Source: an uncultured delta proteobacterium
Lineage (GTDB): Bacteria; Desulfobacterota; DSM-4660; Desulfatiglandales; HGW-15
NCBI GenBank assembly: GCA_963776085.1
Contig: CAVZMS010000079.1
Location: 14,508-78,507 of the forward strand
Length of the DNA: 64,000 bases
Reading direction: 5' to 3'
Both the position numbers and the translations under genes were made by a program. This document shows positions 9,428 to 16,947 of the stretch, one piece after another. The notes under the pieces are model-generated. The model was not told the DNA's origin. It ran no database searches and saw nothing but the letters and a program-made list of their open reading frames with translations. Position 1 is the stretch's first letter, and each line of letters starts with the position of its first letter.

Positions 9428-9923
9428 CCAACATCCTCCCCTTGTCATCATCGCGGGAAGATCCGGATCAGGAAAGACCTCCCTCCTGGAGAGGCTGATC
9501 CCTGAATTTAAAAAAAGAGGATTAAGGGTGGGGACCATTAAGCATCACCACGGGGATTTTGATATTGACCATCCAGGCAAGGATAGCTGGCGACATAAAA
9601 AGGCCGGCGCTGAAAAGACAGTTATTTCCTCCCCGACCCGAATAGGCCTTGTCATGGATGTGGACCATGACTATAGACCTGATGAACTGATACCCTTTTT
9701 AAATGAAATGGATATTATCCTGGTCGAGGGATATAAGGAAGAAGATCTGCCCAAGGTTGAGATATTCAGGCCGGAACTCCATGACTCCCCCTTATTTCTT
9801 AAGGATCCCGGCCTTATAGCTGTTATGACCAACTCGAGTCTGGAGACAGGGGTACCTGTCTTGGGCCTCGATGATGTAACAGGGCTTGCCGACCTGCTGG
9901 TGAGACACTTTGAGTTGAAATAG
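9420..9923 (+). CDS. mobB: molybdopterin-guanine dinucleotide biosynthesis adapter MobB
   Basis: 167 aa with P-loop GRSGSGKTS followed by VGTIKHHHGDFDIDHPGKDSWRH, typical of MobB. Confidence 0.85.
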   Translation: MDNQHPPLVIIAGRSGSGKTSLLERLIPEFKKRGLRVGTIKHHHGDFDIDHPGKDSWRHKKAGAEKTVISSPTRIGLVMDVDHDYRPDELIPFLNEMDIILVEGYKEEDLPKVEIFRPELHDSPLFLKDPGLIAVMTNSSLETGVPVLGLDDVTGLADLLVRHFELK

Positions 9924-9965
9924 TTGAGTTGAGTTGATAAGAACGCGCTTTTTGATGAACAGGAT
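9922..9965 (+). repeat. direct repeat DR-A copy 1
   Basis: GTTGATAAGAACGCGCTTTTTGATGAAC (9933-9960), preceded by TTGAGTTGA reiterations that start inside the last codons of mobB. The same core recurs at 10795-10822 and 11798-11825. Confidence 0.75.
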
Positions 9966-9993
9966 AACAAAAAATGAAAAAATAAATGAACTA

Positions 9994-10046
9994 CCCCGCA
10001 GCAAGCTACGGGGTATCTAAAATTCAAATGAACGAAGCAAGCTTCG
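9994..10046. repeat. pair of REP-like GC hairpins
   Basis: CCCCGCAGCAAGCTACGGGG (9994-10013) and CGAAGCAAGCTTCG (10033-10046), each preceded by ATGAAC. The first resembles the hairpin CCCCGCAGAAAGCTGCGGGG at 49297-49316. Confidence 0.55.
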
Positions 10047-10065
10047 GGGAATAATCCCATAGAGA

Positions 10066-10395
10066 TTAGAATGCAAATAGCCTTTGTAATACGGAAATAA
10101 CTTTCAATTGGGTCTCTGAGCCGATAATGCCAAGGTTTTTTATAAGTCGTGTCTTATCTATTGTCCGTATCTGATCTAAAACTATCTGGCCCTTTTTATT
10201 TTTAAAGTGACATGCAACCCTCGTTGGGTAATCTTTTCCCGTTGTCGTCATGGGGGCAACTATAACGGTGCGGATATGCGTATTCATTTCATCCGGTGAA
10301 ATGATCAAACAAGGGCGTGTCTTTTTAATCTCAAAACCAATAGTGGGGTCGAGATTTGCCAGGCATACATCGAATCGTTTTATTTCCATTGCCAT
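10066..10395 (-). CDS. mazF: MazF/PemK-family endoribonuclease toxin
   Basis: 109 aa. The pattern (DPTIGFEIKKTRPCLIISPD.., VAPMT) is typical of the PemK/MazF fold. It overlaps the upstream antitoxin gene by 16 nt. Confidence 0.85.
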   Translation of the reverse strand: MAMEIKRFDVCLANLDPTIGFEIKKTRPCLIISPDEMNTHIRTVIVAPMTTTGKDYPTRVACHFKNKKGQIVLDQIRTIDKTRLIKNLGIIGSETQLKVISVLQRLFAF

Positions 10396-10637
10396 TCTTC
10401 TTCATCCCAGGAATGTGATATGATTTCATTGCCATCCAATAAATCGTCATCCCCGTTCTTAGACATTGCCTTGAAGGCATTATCCCATCCTGCCCTCGGG
10501 CTTGAGATTGGCCGGATGATGATCTGAGATTTTTCTACCTCCAGCTCAACGTCATTTGTAATCCCGGTTTGGTCAAGCAATGGTTTTGGGATACGGATCC
10601 CCTGGGAATTGCCTATTTTTATTATGCTTGCTCTCAT
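10380..10637 (-). CDS. mazE: MazE/AbrB(SpoVT)-family antitoxin
   Basis: 85 aa. The N-terminal IIKIGNSQGIRIPKPLL swapped-hairpin motif is followed by an acidic C-terminal tail. Confidence 0.8.
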   Translation of the reverse strand: MRASIIKIGNSQGIRIPKPLLDQTGITNDVELEVEKSQIIIRPISSPRAGWDNAFKAMSKNGDDDLLDGNEIISHSWDEEEWQWK

Positions 10638-10788
10638 CGATCTTCTATCTCCTTAAATAATATGTAAGCACATTGTAATTACATCAGAACAAAATGTCAA
10701 CAATCCTATAGTCAAATCTCCAGAAAAAATCAGTCCGTGATGTCACCATGCTGCCGTCTGTTGTTGAGGCGATGAGGGATCGGAGAAA

Positions 10789-10850
10789 AGTTGAGTTGAT
10801 AAGAACGCGTTTTTTGATGAACGGAGCATAGAGAATTTCTCATTGCATGA
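10789..10850 (+). repeat. direct repeat DR-A copy 2 (extended form)
   Basis: AAGTTGAGTTGATAAGAACGCGTTTTTTGATGAACGGAGCATAGAGAATTTCTCATTGCATGA shares about 55 nt with copy 3. Confidence 0.75.
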
Positions 10851-11229
10851 TTTTAACAGAAAGGCTGAAGATAGAGGAAATCTGAACAAACTTATACATT
10901 CGACCCATCTTATACTTTTAGAAATCAGGCGGTATATGACTCCAGCCTCCGGCTCGGAGAGATACTCCGGGTCTACATATAGCCATTCGCTCGACCTTGA
11001 GGCCTTTCGGCCCTGAGCTCACAATGCCGAAGGGCTCTCGACAGGTTATCGGAAGCTGGGATTTGGGAGGTTGAATAGTCTATGCCGTATAAAAAGGTGA
11101 GCCTTCTTGATAAATTGGTGCTTGCCTATCAGCCTAATTTCGCCTCATTTTCCACCCAGCGAGTCCGACCAGGCCGAGGCCTAGAAGCGAGAGGGTGGAT
11201 CTGCCGCTCATCCAGCAGAGTTTACCCGT

Positions 11230-11766
11230 TTACTTCAAGGCAAGAAACTCCTCATCGGCGTTCTTCTTCATCTCGTCCGCGAGGTTCTTCTTGAGGAACG
11301 CAGTAAGCGACGCCGTCGGCGCCGTCAACACCACCTCGTCTTTCTTGCCACGCACGTAAGCCAGACCCTCTTTGCCCGCCTTCTCCCGCAACGAGCTCGA
11401 ATCCAGGAACCACATTTTCAGCGCCGCGCCGTCGAAGGACAGCGCCAGGAAATGATGCGCAGGAATACCGGCGTCGTCCTTGACCGCCATCATGTCCGCC
11501 ACCGATGTCTCGCCCAGCTTTACCACTCGCAATTTATACAGCGACGCTTCGCCTTTGTCGTCGATATAGGCGAGTCGGTACTCGCGGTCGCCCGTCAGGT
11601 TCACGAACATTTGTTCCTTGCCGTCCTTGGTCTGCCAGGCGCCCACCAGCCTTGGTTCGGCTACTGCTGTCTGGTCGGTATATAGCGGGTACACCGACGG
11701 CATTTCAAAACAGCCGCTCAATGTTAGCATCGCGGTGAAGAGCAGGATTCCCATCCAGATCTTCAT
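11230..11766 (-). CDS. hypothetical lipoprotein, strongly GC-rich relative to its surroundings
   Basis: 178 aa from MKIWMGILLFTAMLTLSGC (signal peptide plus lipobox LSGC). I recognise no family. The GC content is clearly higher than in neighbouring genes. The longer ORF extending to 12051 reads through repeat DR-A3. Confidence 0.6.
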   Translation of the reverse strand: MKIWMGILLFTAMLTLSGCFEMPSVYPLYTDQTAVAEPRLVGAWQTKDGKEQMFVNLTGDREYRLAYIDDKGEASLYKLRVVKLGETSVADMMAVKDDAGIPAHHFLALSFDGAALKMWFLDSSSLREKAGKEGLAYVRGKKDEVVLTAPTASLTAFLKKNLADEMKKNADEEFLALK

Positions 11767-11797
11767 GGCTTTCTTTGCCTCCACTGGTAAGAAGATA

Positions 11798-11853
11798 GTT
11801 GATAAGAACGCGCTTTTTGATGAACGGAGGATAGAGAATATAGCATTGTATGT
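11798..11853 (+). repeat. direct repeat DR-A copy 3 (extended form)
   Basis: GTTGATAAGAACGCGCTTTTTGATGAACGGAGGATAGAGAATATAGCATTGTATGT lies 32 nt upstream of the lipoprotein start codon. Confidence 0.75.
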
Positions 11854-11988
11854 CAATCCAAATTTAGCCGCCCCGCTTGTAGCGGGATGGCGTGGGTCTC
11901 GCCTGCCGGATTGATCAACCGTGGTTTCGATGGTGTCACAGTAAACATAATTTCTTAACTCTGATCTAGAGGTTACAAGGACATCTAT

Positions 11989-12440
11989 ATGACCCAGGAA
12001 GGTCGGCCCAAGGGTATGGAATATTTTGATTTTGTCATCAGGGAAGTCCATGGGCTTCGTGTCAAGGAACTCATAGATGAAAAGGCGGCCGGGAGAAAGG
12101 TGATCGGCTCCTTCTGTGTCTTCGTGCCTGAAGAGATTGTAAGGGCAGCAGATGCCACGCTCGTTGGCCTCTGTACAGGGGCCGATGTTGCCGTCGAAGA
12201 GGTAGAAAAACTTTTACCGAGAAACACATGCGCCCTGATCAAGTCCGCCTTCGGTTTCAAGCTGGGCAAGGTGTGCCCCTATATCGAGTCAACGGATATG
12301 ATTGTGGGAGAAAACACATGCGACGGCAAAAAGAAGTCTTATGAGATCTTAAATGACCTTGTCTCGAATCTCTATGTCATGGACCTCCCTCAGATGAAAT
12401 CTCCTGAAGGACGCGCCCTTCTTAAGGCCGAATATGCGCT
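11989..12440 (+). pseudogene. 5' fragment of a 2-hydroxyacyl-CoA dehydratase / double-cubane-cluster reductase family gene
   Basis: About 150 aa (KVIGSFCVFVPEEIVRAADA.., NTCALIKSAFG.., GENTCDGKKKSYE) match the N-terminal part of that family (normally about 380-420 aa). Similarity stops near 12440, and the purH stop codon on the other strand is at 12484. Confidence 0.6.
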
Positions 12441-12483
12441 TCAAAAAGGCTGTCTGTGCCTTAAGCCCTGCGCCTTTCTTTTA

Positions 12484-13781
12484 TCAATGCTTAAATGCCC
12501 TCTGCCCCGTAAAAACCATGGTCACCTGGGGATTGGCCTCGTTGCATGCCTCGATGACCTCAAAATCCCTCATTGAACCTCCCGGCTGTACAACGGCATT
12601 TATCCCTTCCTTGATGCCAACATCCACCCCATCCCTGAAAGGAAAGAATGCGTCAGACACCATTGTTGAACCGATGAGACCTCCCCTTGCATCTTTTGTT
12701 TCATGATCAATTTCATCTAATAATGCCTGTTTCCTTTTCTCCCTTTTTAATCATAAGCTCAAGATCTTTGTACGGCAGGCCATACCGGGTGAAACAGATA
12801 GCATCGGCATATTTGGTGTAGGCCTTGAAGACCGCGATCTCGGCAACACCCACCCTGTCCTGCTCGCCAGTGCCTATACCCACGGTCACACCGTCTTTGA
12901 CATAGATGACCGAGTTGGAGGTTATCCCCTGCTCAACCTGCCATCCAAAGAGCATGTCAGCATAATCCTTCTCCGTCGGTTTTCTTTCAATCGCATAGGT
13001 CTTTCCCTTATACTCAACAACAGCAGGGAGAAAATCAGCGGGTGTCTTTATCCTGTTGAGCGGAGACTGCTGAACTATGATACCTCCGTCAATAAGGCTC
13101 TTGAAGTCCACAAACCTGACGCTCGGAATAGTATGAGAGGTCATCGATGCGGTTTATCCGCACTATCCTGAGGTTGGCGCTCTTTGTCAGGAGGCTGATT
13201 GAACCCTCTTCAAAATCCGGGGCCGCAACCACCTCCAGGTAGTTCTGTGATACCAGCTCAGCGGTCTCTTTGTCCAAGGCGCGGTTAAATACGGCGCATC
13301 CGCCGAAGGCGGCTATCCTGTCCGCCATATTGGCCCTTGTGTAGGCATCGGAAAGGCTTGAGCCATAGGCCACGCCACAGGGATTATTGTGTTTGACGAT
13401 CACGGCCGCCGGCCTGTCTGAAAGATACTTAATTATATTAATGCCGTTGTCTATATCGGTCAGATTTGTCTTCCCCGGATGTTTTCCTGTCTGTATCATG
13501 TCCTCAACGGGGATGGAGGAAACAAGGCCCCTCCCCGGTTCAATGAACCTGCAATCGCCCAGCATCAGGTTTCCGTTGACAAGTTCATAAAGGGCTGCTT
13601 CCTGTCCCGGGTTTTCGCCATAGCGTAGTCCCTTATCAATGAGTTCCCCTGTTTTTTCATCAGGGATCATCCAACTCCTCTTTCGATAGACAAGCATCTG
13701 ATTCCCGAATGATATAGTAAACTCCGGCGGAAAATGGTCATCCATTACTGTCCGATACATCTTTTTCAGATCTTTCGTCAT
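12484..13781 (-). pseudogene. purH: AICAR formyltransferase (PurH, AICARFT-only archaeal type), two frameshifts
   Basis: Three consecutive frames: 13781-13140 (GENPGQEAALY, VKHNNPCG), 13144-12725 (GIGTGEQDRVG) and 12725-12484 ([32 protein letters not shown]). No MGS/IMP cyclohydrolase domain is present. Confidence 0.85.
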
Positions 13782-13844
13782 TTTATGTCTCCATATTATT
13801 CAGTTGACCTCTGTCAGTCGTCAGTTGATTGCTTTAAATCATTA

Positions 13845-14619
13845 TCAGGGATTTTTATGCTTCTCTATATATGCATAAGCATTGTGATTATGAATGGACT
13901 CAAAATTTTCTGACTCTACTGAAAACCAGGTAATGTTAGGGTCATCATTCAGTTTTTCAGCTATGTCTCTCACGATGTCTTCCACAAACATAGGGTGTTC
14001 ATATGCCCTCTCTGTCACGAATTTTTCGTCTTCACGTTTGAGCACCGAATAGATGTCACTTGAGGCGGATTCCTCCACAAGACTGATAAGGTCCTCTATC
14101 CAGATAAACTTCTTAAACCTGACCTGGAGAGTAACCTCTCCGCGCTGGTTATGGGCACCGAAATCGCTTATCTCCTTTGAGCAGGGGCACAGTGTTGAGA
14201 TAGGGACATGGATAACGGTTATCAGATCGCTAGCCTTTATCCAAAGACCCTTTAAAGGTGCATTTATATTCCATGAGACCTTCGCTTCCGGATACAGGGG
14301 CCTTCTTATTAATGAAATAGGGGAATGTGATCTCCATATTGGCGCTTTGGGCGTTCAACCGTTTTTTCATCTCTCTCAGTATATCTGAGAAGTTCTGAAG
14401 TGAGATTAGTTTGCTGTGTTCGTTGAGTATCTCCACGAACCGGCTCATGTGTGTGCCCTTATACTGTCTCGGCAGGTTTACATACATGTTAATGGTACCG
14501 ACCGTCTGCTGTTTTCCCATATTCTTATCAAGCACAGTGATAGGATAACGGATACCCTTTACGCCTACCTGGTCGATATCAATATTTCGATCATCTGCAT
14601 GATTCTGAATATCTTTCAT
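13845..14619 (-). pseudogene. folE2: GTP cyclohydrolase FolE2/MptA family, one frameshift
   Basis: The N-terminal part has VGVKGIRYPITV and KGTHMSRF. After a shift near 14230 come [24 protein letters not shown] and the C-terminus. The likely start is ATG 14619 (GGGGAG SD), not the TTG at 14679. Confidence 0.85.
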
Positions 14620-14697
14620 GATCTCCCCAAACTTTTTTTCTGAAGGTTTCTTTTTAAAATCACCTGGATTCAAAGTCAATAAAAAGATATAATTATC

Positions 14698-14837
14698 AGT
14701 TGTCCGTTGTCAGTTGTCAGTTGTCATTGTCAGTTGTCCGTTGTCGTTGTCCGTTGTCCATTGTTTGTTGTCAGTTGTCAGTTGTAGCTGACTTCTCATG
14801 CATGGCTTCTGGCTCCTGACTCCTGTCTTCTGTATCT
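14698..14837. repeat. tandem (A/C)GTTGTC heptamer array (~13 units) followed by a TGNCTYC heptamer block
   Basis: agttgtc cgttgtc agttgtc agttgtc attgtc agttgtc cgttgtc gttgtc cgttgtc .. then tggcttc tggctcc tgactcc tgtcttc tgtatct. Lies between the folE2 start and tRNA-Pro. Confidence 0.85.
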
Positions 14838-14844
14838 TTATCCC

Positions 14845-14873
14845 TTGCATTTATCCATGGAAAGTAATATTTA
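14845..14873 (+). promoter_or_regulatory. candidate sigma70-type promoter for tRNA-Pro
   Basis: TTGCAT (14845-14850), a 17-nt spacer, then TATTTA (14868-14873). The tRNA 5' end is 9 nt downstream. Confidence 0.4.
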
Positions 14874-14882
14874 TAAACATAT

Positions 14883-14959
<77 letters not shown>

Positions 14960-15175
14960 GTCTTCACTTTGTAATGAAGTACAGAGAGGAAGTCTATCGC
15001 CTCGACTTATCGAGCCGTAATCTCGATGAAGACGGAAGCCCTTAACGAAGGCTCCTCTTCCGTTTCGTGCTTTACTCCTTGACTTTCATACATTGTTTCA
15101 TTAATTAAGACCATACAATATAATAGATTCCAAAAAAATGAGTCTAATACTAATTACTATTAATCACTCCAAAAG

Positions 15176-15213
15176 CCTCTCTCTCAAACCGAGAGCAGGG
15201 TTTTGTGCTTTTG
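15176..15213 (+). terminator. weak intrinsic-terminator-like hairpin with T-tract
   Basis: CCTCTCTCTC-AAACC-GAGAGCAGGG followed by TTTTGTGCTTTTG. The stem is short and imperfect. Confidence 0.3.
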
Positions 15214-15258
15214 ATTTGGGATTTGACCCCCTGCCTATATAAAGAAAATAGAGGAAGC

Positions 15259-16083
15259 ATGAATAGCATAAATATCGGTTGGGATGATCTTGTTTTTGAT
15301 TACAGGCACAAAGATTATGGCGCCTATATTCTAAGATGCAACTATCCATTTAATGCAACAATGGCTGCCTTGATCGTTCTTGTGCTATTTGTATCCGGCA
15401 TGGTTGGTCTCAGATTATTTTATGCAAAAGGAACTATGGTATCAGGAACCAATATAACGAAAATCGGCTATATCGATTATGTGGATCTCAAAGCCCCGCC
15501 TCCTATTGAAAAGATTGAGCTTCCAAAACCGGCCGTTGTCAAGTATGCGTCGCCAAAGATAACCCAGGAAGAGGTAAAAGATGATGAAATGATGCCCACA
15601 ATAGATCAAGCGGCAGCAGCGCTTGAGACTGTATCGGATGTAGGTTCGGGATTTCCGGGCGGAATAAATGCCTTGATGAAATGGTTAAGTGAGAATCTAA
15701 GGTATCCGGCACTGGCTTTAAGATTGGGGATTGAGGGGAAGGTCGTGGTTGAATTTACGGTGGATGAAAACGGCAAGATCTCTGAAGCGATAGTAAGAGA
15801 GAGTCTTCATAGATTATGCGACCAGGAGGCTATACGTCTGATTAATGCTATGCCTGACTGGATACCGGCATCAAAAAAAGGGAGAAAGATTTCTAAAAAA
15901 TATATCCTTCCCATTCATTTTATTCTCCAGCAGAAGGGGAGAATGGGGGAGATCAAGACGTTTGTAATGACACATTATCCATCGCAAGGGCAGCTCGAAC
16001 GCATACATCTTGTAAAAGGGCAAGATCGCTTGATCGAAATCCATTTGGTGTTTCAAGCGAGTCAACATAGATTGCGCCTCTAA
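15259..16083 (+). CDS. TonB-family energy transducer (C-terminal TonB domain)
   Basis: N-terminal TM segment, a Pro-rich linker (KAPPPIEKIELPKP), and a TonB C-domain (YPALALRLGIEGKVVVEFTVDENGKI.., AMPDWIPA). The 3' ~50 codons after PIHFIL look non-native and overlap the convergent GAF gene by 131 bp. Confidence 0.7.
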   Translation: MNSINIGWDDLVFDYRHKDYGAYILRCNYPFNATMAALIVLVLFVSGMVGLRLFYAKGTMVSGTNITKIGYIDYVDLKAPPPIEKIELPKPAVVKYASPKITQEEVKDDEMMPTIDQAAAALETVSDVGSGFPGGINALMKWLSENLRYPALALRLGIEGKVVVEFTVDENGKISEAIVRESLHRLCDQEAIRLINAMPDWIPASKKGRKISKKYILPIHFILQQKGRMGEIKTFVMTHYPSQGQLERIHLVKGQDRLIEIHLVFQASQHRLRL

Positions 16084-16411
16084 TTCCATAACAGCCAGCT
16101 ATTGGCACTGATATAGCCGACCGGATTTTCATTAACTGTAAAGATTGGGTGATTTTCTCGTCTCCATCTTTAATATTACTTGAATCCTTTACTATTACTG
16201 GTTTATTCATCATCAAGACCTGTTCAACTAATTCCCTGTTATAAACCTGTGTGGGATCATCAATAGGTTTTCTTGACCGATATATTATATATCTAATCTC
16301 TCCCGTTTGATCATCAACCAATAGAATAACGCACCGATCAATCCTTGTTAAAAGATTAAAAATACTATTCAATAATTTTTTGGATATCTCCTTGAGATTT
16401 TTAGATTCCAT
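15953..16411 (-). CDS. GAF domain protein
   Basis: 152 aa with a GAF-like pattern (RCVILLVDDQTGEI.., SAISVPI.., GAIYVDS). Its start overlaps the stop of the upstream FHA ORF (ATGGAATCTAA). Confidence 0.65.
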   Translation of the reverse strand: MESKNLKEISKKLLNSIFNLLTRIDRCVILLVDDQTGEIRYIIYRSRKPIDDPTQVYNRELVEQVLMMNKPVIVKDSSNIKDGDEKITQSLQLMKIRSAISVPIAGCYGIRGAIYVDSLETPNGFRSSDLALLQDVCVRAALAMDNVSLQTS

Positions 16412-16853
16412 GAGGGAATAAGTCGCCGTTATAAATAAATTCCAGATTCATTTTAGTATTCCTGACTCTATATAGCTCAATATCATCTCCCTCATCACTC
16501 ATTTCGCTAAAAACCCCAGCAGAACCTAAAAATGGCTTAAGACATGATTCGCATACTTCACCAAGGCCAATGATAGTCATTCCAATCACTATCGGAACCC
16601 CTTCTCTAACTTCAGTTGCAATACCCGGGCTTAATTTCCTATCGCCAATAAAGGTCCCATTTTTACTATGGAGGTCTGTTATAAAATATTTATCTTCTTT
16701 AATCTGGATCTTGAAATGATTTCGGGAGATATTGTTATCCTCTATTCTTATGTCATTTTCTGAATGCCTGCCCACAGTATATTCCTTTCCAGGCACCAGT
16801 TTGAAGGATTCTCCCTGACCTTTTCCAACCAGTATGTATAGCTTAAGTTCCAT
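16401..16853 (-). CDS. FHA domain protein
   Basis: 150 aa with FHA signature TVGRHSENDIRIEDNNISRNHFKI..DLHSKNGTFI. Confidence 0.8.
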   Translation of the reverse strand: MELKLYILVGKGQGESFKLVPGKEYTVGRHSENDIRIEDNNISRNHFKIQIKEDKYFITDLHSKNGTFIGDRKLSPGIATEVREGVPIVIGMTIIGLGEVCESCLKPFLGSAGVFSEMSDEGDDIELYRVRNTKMNLEFIYNGDLFPHGI

Positions 16854-16947
16854 TTGGTCTTCTCCCCCCTATTCCGGAGTAACGTGCACTTTATTCTTTT
16901 AATGTCATTCCGGCCCCGCATAGAGTACGGGATTGAAATTAAATTAA

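Noticed and set aside
11082-11294. 70-aa plus-strand ORF in the GC-rich segment downstream of the lipoprotein gene
   Set aside because: It has Arg/Ser/Pro-rich composition typical of an out-of-frame read in GC-rich DNA. It overlaps the 3' end of the lipoprotein gene on the opposite strand.
9922-11853. Integron cassette array, with DR-A repeats acting as attC sites
   Set aside because: The conserved core is only 28-55 nt. It does not show the RYYYAAC ... GTTRRRY arrangement in the required order on either strand. No intI, attI or Pc is present.
14698-14837. Possible CRISPR array, suggested by regular short repeats next to a tRNA
   Set aside because: The repeat unit is only 6-8 nt with no unique spacers. 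There are no cas genes in the window. It is a simple tandem heptamer array.
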